A stretch of 64,000 nt of DNA, from positions 1 to 64,000 of the forward strand of contig JBFMCP010000002.1 in NCBI GenBank assembly GCA_040754455.1, written 5' to 3'. The notes under the pieces are model-generated. The model saw only the letters and a list, made by a program, of their open reading frames with translations. It was not told the DNA's origin and made no database searches. Positions 9,836 through 20,005 of the stretch are shown here, one piece after another. This DNA comes from Nitrospirota bacterium. GTDB taxonomy: Bacteria; Nitrospirota; Thermodesulfovibrionia; Thermodesulfovibrionales; Dissulfurispiraceae. Each line of letters starts with the position of its first letter. The first letter of the stretch is position 1. A program made the position numbers and the translations under genes.

Positions 9836-11293
9836 GTGAGAGGACAATTCACAAACCATGAGGAAGAGCACCCTGTCGAAGATTCTGCTCTTTCTGCACT
9901 GAACATCACCGAACTGCCCGAGACCAACCTGAGCACCGTAGAAAAGGAGCATAGCCTTCTCAAGGCGTATCTGAAAGAATTGAGCATGATCCCCCTGCTC
10001 ACCAAAGAGCAGGAAATAGCCCTTGCCCGTCGGATTGAGGAGTGTACGTTGGAAATAGCCCGTCTGCTTTTTTCTGTTCCTTTCATTATAGATACCTTGC
10101 TCGCATTGGGACGGGCTGTTGAACGGAATGAAATTCCCCTGTCCGGGCTCCTGAAGGATGGCGAAGAGTTGTCAGCAGAGGAACTTCTCGTAGAAAAAGC
10201 GCGATTTCTCAAAGCTGCAGAGTCCATGGAGGGGCTTCTTGCCGAACGGAAGAGAGCTGTTGAAGGAGAGTCCCGCACCATCTCTCAGCGTGGCGGCAAA
10301 CAAAGAGGCTTGCTTGAAAAAAACAGGGATCGGATCATGAGGACAGTGGATAACCTGCATCTGAAAGAGGAAGTTATCCAGACCGCTCTGGAAGAGCTCA
10401 AGGCATTGAGCGCTCTTCTTGAAACTGCTCATGCCCCGCAGGGGAATGAAAAATCAGGTGTGGGCAAGCGACAGAGGAACAGCAGCAGCGAGATCGAACG
10501 CCGGATAGGTCTCCCGAGTGAGGAGATCAGAATGGTCATGACGAAACTTGAGAGGGCAAGGGCGGAAGCGGCCCAGGCAAAGGTCCAATTAATAGAGTCG
10601 AATCTCAGGCTCGTTGTCAGTGTTGCCAAACGATATATGGGGAGAGGTCTGAGCCTGGAGGACCTCATACAAGAAGGGAACCTCGGCCTCATTCGTGCTG
10701 TTGAATACTTTGAATACCGGAGGGGATACAAATTCAGCACGTACGCGACGTGGTGGATACGGCAGGCGATCAGCAGGGCGCTCACCAATCATTCAAGGGT
10801 TATCAGGATACCCTCCCACATGGTTGAATACACGAGCAGGATATACCGGTTGATCAGGGAATATGTGCAGGAATACGGCACCGAGCCGGGTCCTGAAGAG
10901 ATCGCGCGGCGTCTCGAAATCCCTCCGGAGAAAGTGAGATTTCTTTTGGAAATATCGAGCGAACCGGTCTCTCTGGAGCTTTCAATCGGCAGCGGGGATG
11001 ACTCTATGCTGAAGGATTTCATTGAGGACACCTCAAGCCCCTCGCCCCTTGATGAGGCGATCGGTGGGGAGTTGAAGGAGCACATTGACAAAATCCTCCA
11101 CACACTCTCTCCGAGAGAGGAGATGGTGATACGGAAACGGTTCGGTATCGGTGAGGAGGATAATCGCACGCTGGAAGAGGTGGGACAGGAACATCACGTC
11201 AGCAGAGAGCGTATCCGCCAATTGCAGACCAGAGCAATAAAAAAATTGCGGCAGCCCCTCAAGGCGCTATGGTCGCCAATGATACCCTGCTGA
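9836..11293 (+). CDS. RpoD-family sigma70 factor paralog (group 2-like)
   Basis: Region 1.2 ([12 protein letters not shown]), large non-conserved region, region 2 ([12 protein letters not shown]...[10 protein letters not shown]...[14 protein letters not shown]), region 4 (TLEEVG...SRERIRQ); GTG start with AAGGAG RBS. Confidence 0.93.
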   Translation: MRGQFTNHEEEHPVEDSALSALNITELPETNLSTVEKEHSLLKAYLKELSMIPLLTKEQEIALARRIEECTLEIARLLFSVPFIIDTLLALGRAVERNEIPLSGLLKDGEELSAEELLVEKARFLKAAESMEGLLAERKRAVEGESRTISQRGGKQRGLLEKNRDRIMRTVDNLHLKEEVIQTALEELKALSALLETAHAPQGNEKSGVGKRQRNSSSEIERRIGLPSEEIRMVMTKLERARAEAAQAKVQLIESNLRLVVSVAKRYMGRGLSLEDLIQEGNLGLIRAVEYFEYRRGYKFSTYATWWIRQAISRALTNHSRVIRIPSHMVEYTSRIYRLIREYVQEYGTEPGPEEIARRLEIPPEKVRFLLEISSEPVSLELSIGSGDDSMLKDFIEDTSSPSPLDEAIGGELKEHIDKILHTLSPREEMVIRKRFGIGEEDNRTLEEVGQEHHVSRERIRQLQTRAIKKLRQPLKALWSPMIPC

Positions 11294-11624
11294 TTTCTTC
11301 CCGAACACCCCATCACCCCATCCCCTTCCGTACCCGTTCCCGCCTTTTGTCACGCTTGTCCTGTTAGAGCTTGCAGTTTTTGGTGCCCGGAGGCGAAAGA
11401 AGGAACATGCTGAAATTATTACTTATCGAACTGCCGGAATGGTGAGTGTTCCAAATGAGGCTATTAATTTTAGTTATTGGGCGTATTGAGAGAGATGGTG
11501 GTACAATATCAAAAGCGGGCCCGAAAAGGCAGTAGCAATTCAGGAACCTGAGGGTGCTTCGCTTTGCGGGGGACGGTGAGCATTGTGTGATGCTGCAATG
11601 ATGAACTGTCGGGGCAGAGGGGAT

Positions 11625-11831
11625 ATGGGAAACCAGAAATTAATTGCGCAGTATAAAGATGCGTATAAAAGGGCGAACGGGAAGGACTGTCCTTTTGAAA
11701 TAACCTACCATAAAGGACTGTTCTCGCTTGAGAACCGCAGAACAGGATTCGAGTACAAGTGCGGGAAGGACGAATTCGTCAGAATAACTTATAGCCTTTA
11801 CTCGCGGACCAAACAGCAGGCAGACATCTAA
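11625..11831 (+). CDS. small hypothetical protein (68 aa)
   Basis: ORF with GAGGGG RBS; no recognisable motif. Confidence 0.55.
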   Translation: MGNQKLIAQYKDAYKRANGKDCPFEITYHKGLFSLENRRTGFEYKCGKDEFVRITYSLYSRTKQQADI

Positions 11832-12445
11832 ACGCTCGCCTCTCTCATCTTCCCTTTAACCCATCGATGGATATCATCGTACGTTGGAGGAGTTACAAGA
11901 AACAGTTCAATATCACCCGCCAGCTCGAGACGTATTCTGTCCTCATCTCTCATGATAAGCAGTCCTGCCTCATGTGCAGTGAGCGCATCGTTAATGGCAT
12001 CCTGCATATGCCGGAGCCTTTTGCGTTCGAGCTCTTTATAAGATTGCATGACCGTCTCGAAGACCTCTTTTGTCCTCACGACATTGAGACAATGGGCCCA
12101 GTCGAGAAAAGGGCCGAATATCTCTTCGGCCTCTATAGGAGCAAAGACCGCCCCCTCCCTGATCTTCGTCTGCACGATTCGTAATGCCCGCTCATTGAGC
12201 CTCGAAAGGGCATCGAGCGCCTCTTCCCCCTGAACAAAGATGCTTTCGCAGAATATTTTCTTTATTTTACCCGCAACCTCAAGCTTTTTCAGCTGCTGGT
12301 CTATCTCATCCCAGTACGCGTTGACAAGGCTTTTGTACTCATCAGGGGCATCCTCGAAGGGAATGATATTCGGCACACAGTAAAGCTTTCTCTTTCCAGC
12401 AAACTCTTCTGCTGAAGGCTTTTCTATTTTTCCTAATTCGGCCAT
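11828..12445 (-). CDS. hypothetical protein (205 aa), last gene of the pdh-ACD alpha run
   Basis: ATG with AAGGTGA RBS; co-oriented just after ACD alpha. Confidence 0.75.
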   Translation of the reverse strand: MAELGKIEKPSAEEFAGKRKLYCVPNIIPFEDAPDEYKSLVNAYWDEIDQQLKKLEVAGKIKKIFCESIFVQGEEALDALSRLNERALRIVQTKIREGAVFAPIEAEEIFGPFLDWAHCLNVVRTKEVFETVMQSYKELERKRLRHMQDAINDALTAHEAGLLIMRDEDRIRLELAGDIELFLVTPPTYDDIHRWVKGKMREASV

Positions 12446-12467
12446 ATGTATCACCTTTCTTTTGTAG

Positions 12468-13799
12468 TCACCCGAGCAACGCTTTTAGTCCCCTTATCGC
12501 CCGTTCCGGCGAGGGATAGACAGGGATGCCCGCTCTTTCCAACCGTGCATTGAGTCTGTGCGACATGCTGTTGGCGGTATAGGCGACGATCGGTTTGCCT
12601 GTTTTAATTTTAAAGCTTTCTACTATCCCTGCAAGTTGCTCCGTTATACCCGCAACACCGGTAAGGGCAATGATGAGAAAGCCGTCATAGTCGCCTTTCA
12701 GGGTTTCGAGCGTTGTCGCATAATCCTCGTCTTTGACCTGTGCGGTAAGGTCAACGGGGTTGTTCATTCCGTAAAAAGGCGGGAACAGTTCCTTCAATTT
12801 CTTTAATTTTTCATCGGAGACCCTCGCCACCTCCAGACCCTGCCGCATGCACTCGTCAGCGGCAAGCACGCCTGAGCCGCCGCCGTTGGTAATAATGCAG
12901 ACCCGGTTGCCCCGGGAGGGCTTTTGATACGAGAGGGCCTTAGCTGCATCAATGAGCTCGTCGAAATTATTCACCTCTTTTATGCCGAACTGTCTCATGA
13001 TGGAATTGAATACCTCATACTTTCCTGCCAGCCGTCCGGTATGGGAATAGGCGGCGGCCTGGCCGATCGATCCCTTACCTGATTTCAAGACGATCAACGA
13101 TTTTCTCTCCGAGAGCCTCTTTGCCGCTTCTATGAATCTCCGCCCGTCTCCCAGCGATTCAATATAGGATATGACAATGGCAGTATCGGGATCATGGGCA
13201 AAGTACTCGTAAATATCGGGAATGTCGATATCAACGGCATTGCCGATGCCCACTGCCTTTGCTACCCCGGTATTCGAGTCCCTGATCGATTCGAAGAGGC
13301 AGGTCATGACGGCGCCGCTCTGAGAAAGGAGAGCAATATTCCCTTGCTTCGGTCTCTTCAGCTTCTCATAGCTGATAAAGAAGGTATCAAGACGGCGCCG
13401 GATATTATATACTCCCATGCAGTTCGGACCGAGCAGGCGGATGCCGGCCTCCCGGCCAATGTGCTGCACTTCGTTCTGGAGATCTTCCCGTCCGGTTTCT
13501 GAAAAACCCGAGCTCACGATAATAGCGCTTGTTGCTCGGTCTTTCAGCTCCTTCAGGATTCCGGGTACTTCCTCTGCGGGTCTCATGATGATTGCAGTAT
13601 CGACGCGCTCCGGGATATCGTTGATTGCAGCGAAGGCCGGTACTCCCATGAGCTCGCGATACTTGGGGTTCACCGGGTATACCTTGCCTCTGAATCTGAG
13701 GAGGTTTTTCAGTACAACGCCGCCCAGTTTCTCCTCGGTGTGGGCAGCGCCGATCAAGGCAATGCGTTCAGGATCAAAGAGGAAATCAAGGGAGCTCAT
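12468..13799 (-). CDS. ADP-forming acyl-CoA synthetase (ACD) alpha subunit
   Basis: CoA-binding N-domain (YPVNP), LLGPNCMG, SQSGA, AAYSHTG (phospho-His), TNGGGSG, NPVDLT. Confidence 0.92.
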   Translation of the reverse strand: MSSLDFLFDPERIALIGAAHTEEKLGGVVLKNLLRFRGKVYPVNPKYRELMGVPAFAAINDIPERVDTAIIMRPAEEVPGILKELKDRATSAIIVSSGFSETGREDLQNEVQHIGREAGIRLLGPNCMGVYNIRRRLDTFFISYEKLKRPKQGNIALLSQSGAVMTCLFESIRDSNTGVAKAVGIGNAVDIDIPDIYEYFAHDPDTAIVISYIESLGDGRRFIEAAKRLSERKSLIVLKSGKGSIGQAAAYSHTGRLAGKYEVFNSIMRQFGIKEVNNFDELIDAAKALSYQKPSRGNRVCIITNGGGSGVLAADECMRQGLEVARVSDEKLKKLKELFPPFYGMNNPVDLTAQVKDEDYATTLETLKGDYDGFLIIALTGVAGITEQLAGIVESFKIKTGKPIVAYTANSMSHRLNARLERAGIPVYPSPERAIRGLKALLG

Positions 13800-14971
13800 G
13801 CGCTTTCAATGAACAGAAGGGCAGGATCTTCAAGATAGCTAATGATCTTTGACAAGAATTTTGCTGCATCAACGCCGTCGGTGACCCGATGGTCAAAGGT
13901 GAGCGACAGGTGAAGGATCTTCCTGATGACAATCTGCCCGTCCTTTACCCATGGCTTTTCGGATATCTTCCCTGTCCCGAGGATCGCCACGTCAGGGTAG
14001 TTGATGATTGGGGTGGCGAAGGTCCCGCCGAAATGACCGTAGTTGGTGATGGTGAAGGTGCTCCCCTTCATCTCTTCCAGTTTTATGGTGCGTTCCCGTG
14101 CCTTGGCGCTCAAGTCCTGCAGCTCAGAGGCGAGCTCAAGAATGGTCTTTTTGTCTGCGTCCTTGATAACAGGGACCATGAGGCCGTCGGGAGTATCCAC
14201 CGCAATGGCGATATTATAATATTTTTTGACGATGATCTCTTCCCGCTCCTCATCAACAGAGGCATTGAGGAAAGGATGCTCTACGAGGGCGTGCTGCACT
14301 GCCTTTATGAAAAAAGGCATAAAGGTAAGGTGAATGCCTTTCTGCTGTATCGGTCTTTTTTCTTTCTCTCTGAGATTCCAGAGTTCGGTGATATCCGCTT
14401 CGTCCATGCCGGTGACAAAGGCGGTCGTCCTCTGGGAAGTAATCAGATTTTTTGCGATGGTCCTCCGCAGTCCCTTCAAGGGTACCCGCTCTGCGGGACC
14501 GAAGACTTCTTCCGCCTTCTTGGTCTGACCGGCTGCCTTCCGGACATCCTCGCTGGTGATACTGCCGCCGGGGCCTGAGCCTTTTACTGTTGCGAGGTTG
14601 GTCCCGAGCTCTTTTGCAAGTGCCCGTACCGCAGGTGTTGCGAGGATTTCCTCTCCCCCTTCGGGGAGGACGCCTACGACCGAGGTGGATGTCGGCCGCT
14701 CTTCTTTCTCAGGTTTTCTCTCTGCCCCTTCACCTTCAGTGCCGATCGAGACCAGCACCTCACCGACCCTGGCGACCTCGCCTTCCTGTTTGTTGATCGT
14801 GAGGATCGTCCCTTTTCTGGGAGAGGGGACCTCAACGATTGCCTTGTCTGTTTCTATTTCGAGGATGTTCTGGTGCTCCTCAACGGTATCGCCCTCTTTG
14901 ACGAGCCACTTTCTTATTTCCCCTTCGGTAATCCCTTCTCCTAAATCAGGCAGCACGAAGTCGAATGGCAT
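13796..14971 (-). CDS. pdhC: 2-oxoacid dehydrogenase E2 (dihydrolipoamide acyltransferase), one lipoyl domain
   Basis: LPDLGEG...ETDKA lipoyl domain, ATPAVRALA subunit-binding domain, DHRVTDG catalytic motif. Confidence 0.92.
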   Translation of the reverse strand: MPFDFVLPDLGEGITEGEIRKWLVKEGDTVEEHQNILEIETDKAIVEVPSPRKGTILTINKQEGEVARVGEVLVSIGTEGEGAERKPEKEERPTSTSVVGVLPEGGEEILATPAVRALAKELGTNLATVKGSGPGGSITSEDVRKAAGQTKKAEEVFGPAERVPLKGLRRTIAKNLITSQRTTAFVTGMDEADITELWNLREKEKRPIQQKGIHLTFMPFFIKAVQHALVEHPFLNASVDEEREEIIVKKYYNIAIAVDTPDGLMVPVIKDADKKTILELASELQDLSAKARERTIKLEEMKGSTFTITNYGHFGGTFATPIINYPDVAILGTGKISEKPWVKDGQIVIRKILHLSLTFDHRVTDGVDAAKFLSKIISYLEDPALLFIESA

Positions 14972-14997
14972 AGTGTCGCTCCTCTTTGTTCCGCTTT

Positions 14998-15067
14998 AAT
15001 TTCCAAACAAACATAAAGCTCTACCCACAGAGGAATAATTCTTTTTGGAATTTGAGATTTGGCATTT
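14998..15067. repeat. short heptamer-period array at the E1b/E2 junction
   Basis: GGAATTT GAGATTT GGCATTT (15047-15067) with a short inverted arm AATTTCCAAA at 14998-15007. Confidence 0.5.
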
Positions 15068-15077
15068 TCCGTATTAT

Positions 15078-16040
15078 TCAGTACTTCATTATCTCCTCCA
15101 ATGCTTTCCGGATCCTCTCGACAGAGGGCGCATAGTAATCCTCGAGCTTCGGCAGCGGGACAACCACATCCGGTCCGGTGACGCGAAGGATCGGCCCCTT
15201 CAGAGAGAGCATGGCATCTTCGGCAATGGTCGCCGAGAGCTCGGCACCGAAGCCGCAGGTCTTGGGCGCCTCGTGGACAATGACCACCCTTCCGGTCTTC
15301 TTTACCGATGTGAGCACGGTCGCTGCATCAAAAGGATTGAGCGTCATCAGATCGATGACCTCCGCATCGAACCCCTCTACTGCCTGCACCGTTTTATGGA
15401 GCATGCTGCCCCATGCGATGACCGTCATCTCATCGCCTTCCTGAACGATTCTCGCTTTACCGAGGGGAATCGTATACATATCGTCGGGCACCTCTTCCTT
15501 GATGAGCCGGTAGAGGCGCGTCGGTTCGAGGAAGATCACTGGGTCGGGATCTCTGATCGCGGCGACCAGGAGTCCCTTGGCGTGATAGGGGGATGCGGGG
15601 ACGACCACCTTTATTCCCGGCATGTGACAGAAGAATGCTTCAGAGCTCTCGGAGTGCAGCTCGGGAGATTTGATGCCGATGCCGTAGGGAACTCTTACGA
15701 CCAGGGGGCACGTATATCGTCCCCGGGAACGGGAACGGATCCGTGCTGCATGGGTGAATATCTGATCGAACGCGGGATAGATGAAGCCCATGAATTGTAT
15801 CTCTGCAACAGGTCTCAATCCGGAGACCGCCATTCCTATGGCAGCACCGACGATGCCCGATTCCGAAAGCGGTGTATCAATGACACGCTCGCTGCCGAAC
15901 CGTTCCAGCAGCCCTTCGGTGACGCGGAACACGCCGCCGTCCTTTCCCACATCCTCACCAAGAACGACAATGTCTTTGTCGCGCTCCATTTCCCCTTTGA
16001 GCGCACTGTTGAGTGCCTGGACCATCGTGAGCTTCGGCAT
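15078..16040 (-). CDS. pdhB: 2-oxoacid dehydrogenase E1 beta
   Basis: GEDVGKDGGVFRVT, DTPLSE, EIQF, HSES and VHEAPKT motifs. Confidence 0.94.
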   Translation of the reverse strand: MPKLTMVQALNSALKGEMERDKDIVVLGEDVGKDGGVFRVTEGLLERFGSERVIDTPLSESGIVGAAIGMAVSGLRPVAEIQFMGFIYPAFDQIFTHAARIRSRSRGRYTCPLVVRVPYGIGIKSPELHSESSEAFFCHMPGIKVVVPASPYHAKGLLVAAIRDPDPVIFLEPTRLYRLIKEEVPDDMYTIPLGKARIVQEGDEMTVIAWGSMLHKTVQAVEGFDAEVIDLMTLNPFDAATVLTSVKKTGRVVIVHEAPKTCGFGAELSATIAEDAMLSLKGPILRVTGPDVVVPLPKLEDYYAPSVERIRKALEEIMKY

Positions 16041-16041
16041 G

Positions 16042-17097
16042 TTAAAGCTCCCCCAGCTGCTTCTGCTGTCTCATGGTGAGCTGCTCCTGTGTGGAGGTGA
16101 ACATATCCTCAGGCTTCGGCGGCGGAGCTGCTTCGGCACGTTGTACCGCCTCGTCGATAAGCGCCTTTGACTTCTTGTCCACCTCAGCCTGATATTCCGC
16201 CGACCATAGTCCTCTCTTCTGCATGAACAGCTTTAACCGCAGGATCGGGTCCTTCGACTTCCAGAGCTCGACCTCTTTTTCCTGTCGGTAACGCGTGGAA
16301 TCATCGGCAGTGGTGTGGTGCGCCATCCGGTAGGTAAAGCATTCGATAAAGGTGGGGCCCTCACCCGCCCTTGCCTTCACGAGGGCATCCTTTGTTGCTT
16401 TGTACACGGCGAAGATATCGTTGCCGTCGACCTGTATACCGTCAAATCCGTAGGCATAGGCCTTCTGGGCGAGCGTTGCCGCAGCAGTCTGCTGCTCCCG
16501 CGGCACCGATATTGCCCACTGGTTATTCTGGCATATATAGACGACCGGCAGTTTAAAAACACCGGCCATATTGAACCCCTCATGAAAGTCGCCCTTTGAT
16601 GTGGCACCATCTCCGAAATAGGCGACCACCGCATGGTTGTCCCGCCGGTACTTTGCAGCCATGGCCGCACCTGTGGCATGGGGAATGTGCGTCCCGACCG
16701 AGATGCAGATAGGGAAGATGTTCAGGTCTTCGGGGGTGCGCAGCCCACGTTCGTCACCCGCCCAGTACTGGTAGAGCAAGTGCAGGGGATAGTTCATTGC
16801 TATATGTACTCCCATCTCTCTGAAAGAGGGAAATACCCAATCCTTTCTCTCGAGGGCAAAGGCGCTGCCCACCTGTGCTGCCTCCTGCCCGAGAATAGAA
16901 GCATAGGTTCCCATTCTTCCCTCTCTCTGGAGGCTGAGGGCGCGCTGGTCAAAAAACCTGGAAAGGGTGAGCAGCTCGAACATCTTGCGGATATCGGCAT
17001 CGGAGAGGCGAGGCATGAGCGCCTCATCGACAGTGCCTGTCGCATCGAGGATTTCGAGTCGCGTGATATTGATTGAATTTAAAATCTTTTCCGGCAT
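16042..17097 (-). CDS. pdhA: 2-oxoacid dehydrogenase E1 alpha
   Basis: LQREGRMG, GQEA, TPP motif GDGATSKGDFHEGFN...NNQWAIS, HTTADD. Confidence 0.94.
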   Translation of the reverse strand: MPEKILNSINITRLEILDATGTVDEALMPRLSDADIRKMFELLTLSRFFDQRALSLQREGRMGTYASILGQEAAQVGSAFALERKDWVFPSFREMGVHIAMNYPLHLLYQYWAGDERGLRTPEDLNIFPICISVGTHIPHATGAAMAAKYRRDNHAVVAYFGDGATSKGDFHEGFNMAGVFKLPVVYICQNNQWAISVPREQQTAAATLAQKAYAYGFDGIQVDGNDIFAVYKATKDALVKARAGEGPTFIECFTYRMAHHTTADDSTRYRQEKEVELWKSKDPILRLKLFMQKRGLWSAEYQAEVDKKSKALIDEAVQRAEAAPPPKPEDMFTSTQEQLTMRQQKQLGEL

Positions 17098-17146
17098 CAC
17101 TTAAGAATATCACGCAGCAGGATGGCAGTCAATCGGCAATGGAATA

Positions 17147-17203
17147 TGGCTCATCGCCGATAGCTCATAGCAAAAAATCAACGTCAAAAAGCCATGAGCT
17201 ATC
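17147..17203. repeat. heptamer-period inverted-repeat element over a TPR gene stop codon
   Basis: TGGCTCA TCGCCGA TAGCTCA TAGC...GCCATGAGCTATC; arms 17159-17171 and 17191-17203 pair at 12/13. Confidence 0.8.
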
Positions 17204-17642
17204 TGAGGCGCAAGGCACCCAGGACAATGCCGATATATTTGTTGATCGGATTTTCTCTTCCGAGGAAAGGGAGGACGGGAGGCTTCCGCGCAACGAGCTT
17301 CTGCAGCTCGCTGATGATATCCTGGTTCATCTCGTGTTTCAGCCCCTCCCTGAATACAGTGATCGCATAATCTTTGTTCTTCGCGTGGAGATAGATCCTG
17401 CCGAGATTGAGGTAGTGCACCGAATTGCCGGGCTCACGCTCGATTGCCTGTTCGCAGAGCGATATGGCCCTCTTGAGCTGGCCGCGCTCTTTGGCGACGC
17501 AATAGGCGAGATAGGAACGGTAGAGGGGAGCATCCGACAGGGTCGCCGCCCGCTCAAAAGAGGCGAGCGCAGGAAGCGTGCGTCCCCTCTTCAACGCGCT
17601 TAATCCCTGGACAAAATATTTTTCAGCTTCTTCTATCGGCAT
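17199..17642 (-). CDS. small TPR protein, copy 1 (147 aa)
   Basis: TPR-like helices (AISLCEQAIEREPGNSVHYLNLGRIY); paralog of the adjacent gene. Confidence 0.85.
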   Translation of the reverse strand: MPIEEAEKYFVQGLSALKRGRTLPALASFERAATLSDAPLYRSYLAYCVAKERGQLKRAISLCEQAIEREPGNSVHYLNLGRIYLHAKNKDYAITVFREGLKHEMNQDIISELQKLVARKPPVLPFLGRENPINKYIGIVLGALRLR

Positions 17643-17800
17643 AGTGTCTGTACCTGCATGGTGAGGGGTATGGCAACTGCATATTTAGATCACCCCCCGT
17701 TCAAGACCCTCAAAAATTATAATCCTATTATTTTGGGCAAATCAAGGGATCTGCCCGCACTCCTTTGGGAAAGACCATGTGGTCGCTCTGTGATGCAGTG

Positions 17801-18244
17801 TTATCTGAGCCGCAGGAGCCTGAGGATGATCCCAAGATACTTGTTCAGAGGATGGCTTCTGTCGAGGAAGGGGATTACGGGGGGTTTTCGCGTATGGAGT
17901 TTGACCAACTCGTTGATGATGTTTTCGTCTTTCCCGTATTTCAGTCCCTCTCTGAAGACAACGACGGCATATTCTTTGTTGTCGGCGTGGAGATAGATCT
18001 TGCCGAGGTTGTAGTAGTGGACCGGATTGTGGGGGTCTCTCTCTATGACCTCTTCACAGAGGGAGATTGCCTTTTTAATCTGGCCGCGCTCTTTGGCAAC
18101 ACAATAGGCGAGATAGGAAGTGCAGAGAGGATTGCCTTCGATCTGCAGTGCCCGCTCAAAATTGGCAAGAGCAGCGAGTGTGTGGCCCTGGTGCAATTCG
18201 TGGAGCCCTTTTGTAAAAAGCGCCTCTGCCTTGGGATTTTGCAT
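17801..18244 (-). CDS. small TPR protein, copy 2 (147 aa)
   Basis: 92/147 identical to copy 1 in an ungapped manual alignment. Confidence 0.85.
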   Translation of the reverse strand: MQNPKAEALFTKGLHELHQGHTLAALANFERALQIEGNPLCTSYLAYCVAKERGQIKKAISLCEEVIERDPHNPVHYYNLGKIYLHADNKEYAVVVFREGLKYGKDENIINELVKLHTRKPPVIPFLDRSHPLNKYLGIILRLLRLR

Positions 18245-18313
18245 TAGGGAGATTTTACATTCTTGCAAAGAATTTTGCAAAGGGGAGTATCTCTGCTGCC
18301 GTTACATGCCCCC

Positions 18314-19552
18314 CTATGGCCGAAGGAGGTGCTCTGCAGCAGCTATCCACGAGAGCGCAATCAGCAGGGAAACGGCGGTGACGGGAATGCCGGCCCTCGC
18401 ATGCTCTCTGAAGCTCACCGTGATACCGTATTCCTTCGCCTGCTCGAAGGTAATCAGGTTCGCAATGCTCCCAATGGTGATGAGGTTCCCCGCATAGGTG
18501 CTCGCAAGAGCAAGGATGTACCATGGAAGCGAATGCGAAGGGTCAAGGAACTTTGTGAGCAGCATCGTCGCCGGGACATTGCTCACCAGATTGCTGAGCA
18601 GGGTCGCGAGCAACGTCAACATGAGAGGATGCTGCAGATCGATGCGGTTTGTTTCGAGTGCGTTGATAATCCGAACGGAGAGCTGTGTCGTCTCCACCCC
18701 TTTTATCACAATAAAGAGCGCACAAAAGAGCGTGATCAGATGCCAGTCGACCAGTCCGAGGAGAGAGCGTGTCTGCATCTTCCTGCTGCAGAGGAGGAGC
18801 CCGGCTATGGCAATAGCGCTGATCTCTCTCGGTATGCCGGTGAAGAAAAGGACAATGAGCACTATGGTTGCAAGGATCCCCTTGCTGCTCTGGTGACGGT
18901 CGAAGGCGGGCCACTGCTCGTGCATATCAGGAAGCGGGGGAGTAGGCTGCACGAACTGCCTCCTGTAGAGCGCGACGATGATCAGGTATCCCGCAGCGAG
19001 GGAGATGAGTGAAGGAGGAGCGCACCAGAGAAAGAAGCGGCCGAAATCGAGCTGTCCTACTTGTCCGATCAGCATATTCTGGGGGTTCCCTATAATGGTT
19101 GCTGCAGAGCCGATATTGCTCGCAACTGCCAGGCCGATGAGAAAGGGTACCGGATTGATGCCGGCCCTCAGCAGTGATACCGCCAGCACCGGGGTGAAAG
19201 CAAGGCAGACGATATCATTGGCAAGGACTGCGGAGAGGAGCGCGCTGACAAGCATCATGGCGAGGAGGAATCTCTGTGGCCGGTCCATCAAACGGGTGAT
19301 CCTCAGGGCAGCCCAGGTGTAAAAGCCGCCGAGCCTGAACTGAGATGAAAGGACCATCAGCGAGTACAGGAGCAGTATGGTGGGGAAGTCGATTGCACTT
19401 ACCGCATCTCCTGTGGAGACAATGCCTGTTGCAACGAAGGCGATGGCACCGAGGACCGCGATACCGGTCCGGTCAAGGGCAAGACCGGGAATACCGCCGA
19501 GGGCGATACCCGCGTAGGTGGCAAGAAAGATGATCAGCGCAAGGATGTGCAT
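18314..19552 (-). CDS. ArsB/NhaD/CitM-family anion transporter
   Basis: Highly hydrophobic; LDRTG, ANDIVC, SNIGSAATIIGNPQN, LVSNVPA and GSIANLI motifs. Confidence 0.88.
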   Translation of the reverse strand: MHILALIIFLATYAGIALGGIPGLALDRTGIAVLGAIAFVATGIVSTGDAVSAIDFPTILLLYSLMVLSSQFRLGGFYTWAALRITRLMDRPQRFLLAMMLVSALLSAVLANDIVCLAFTPVLAVSLLRAGINPVPFLIGLAVASNIGSAATIIGNPQNMLIGQVGQLDFGRFFLWCAPPSLISLAAGYLIIVALYRRQFVQPTPPLPDMHEQWPAFDRHQSSKGILATIVLIVLFFTGIPREISAIAIAGLLLCSRKMQTRSLLGLVDWHLITLFCALFIVIKGVETTQLSVRIINALETNRIDLQHPLMLTLLATLLSNLVSNVPATMLLTKFLDPSHSLPWYILALASTYAGNLITIGSIANLITFEQAKEYGITVSFREHARAGIPVTAVSLLIALSWIAAAEHLLRP

Positions 19553-20005
19553 TTACTTGTGCGAGGTAAAAACAGTTCTGATGAGCAGCAGGGTGATGCC
19601 GATTGTGAGCGCTGAATCGGCAACATTGAACGCCGGCCAGTGATGCGTGCCGATATGGAAATCCAGAAAATCGATAACGTAGCCGTGGGTGACCCGGTCC
19701 AGGAGGTTTCCCGCAGCACCGCCGAGCACCAGGGAGAAGCTGAGCCGGTTGCCCCTGTCTTTTATCATCAACACCGCGACGAAGACCATCGCCAATGCGG
19801 CAACGACGATAAAAAAGGCATTGCCGAGGCTCGTGAAGAGGCCGAAGGCAGAGCCGATATTCTCGACATAGACAATATTGAAAAAGGATGTTACCCTGAT
19901 GATTTCGAAGGGGGCGGTGGAACCCTTGATGATATATTTTGTTATCTGGTCGAGAATGAAGATGGCAAGGGCGATAAGGAAAAAAAAGACCGTTTTCTGC
20001 CTCAT
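19553..20005 (-). CDS. lspA: lipoprotein signal peptidase II
   Basis: DQITK, NIGSAFG, GAAGNLLDR, VIDF and FNVADS motifs; follows ileS. Confidence 0.96.
   Translation of the reverse strand: MRQKTVFFFLIALAIFILDQITKYIIKGSTAPFEIIRVTSFFNIVYVENIGSAFGLFTSLGNAFFIVVAALAMVFVAVLMIKDRGNRLSFSLVLGGAAGNLLDRVTHGYVIDFLDFHIGTHHWPAFNVADSALTIGITLLLIRTVFTSHK

Noticed and set aside
11381..11395. TGGTGCCCGGAGGCG resembling a reverse-complemented tRNA 3' end (possible old att site)
   Set aside because: Too short, and no T-loop (TCGAAC) follows
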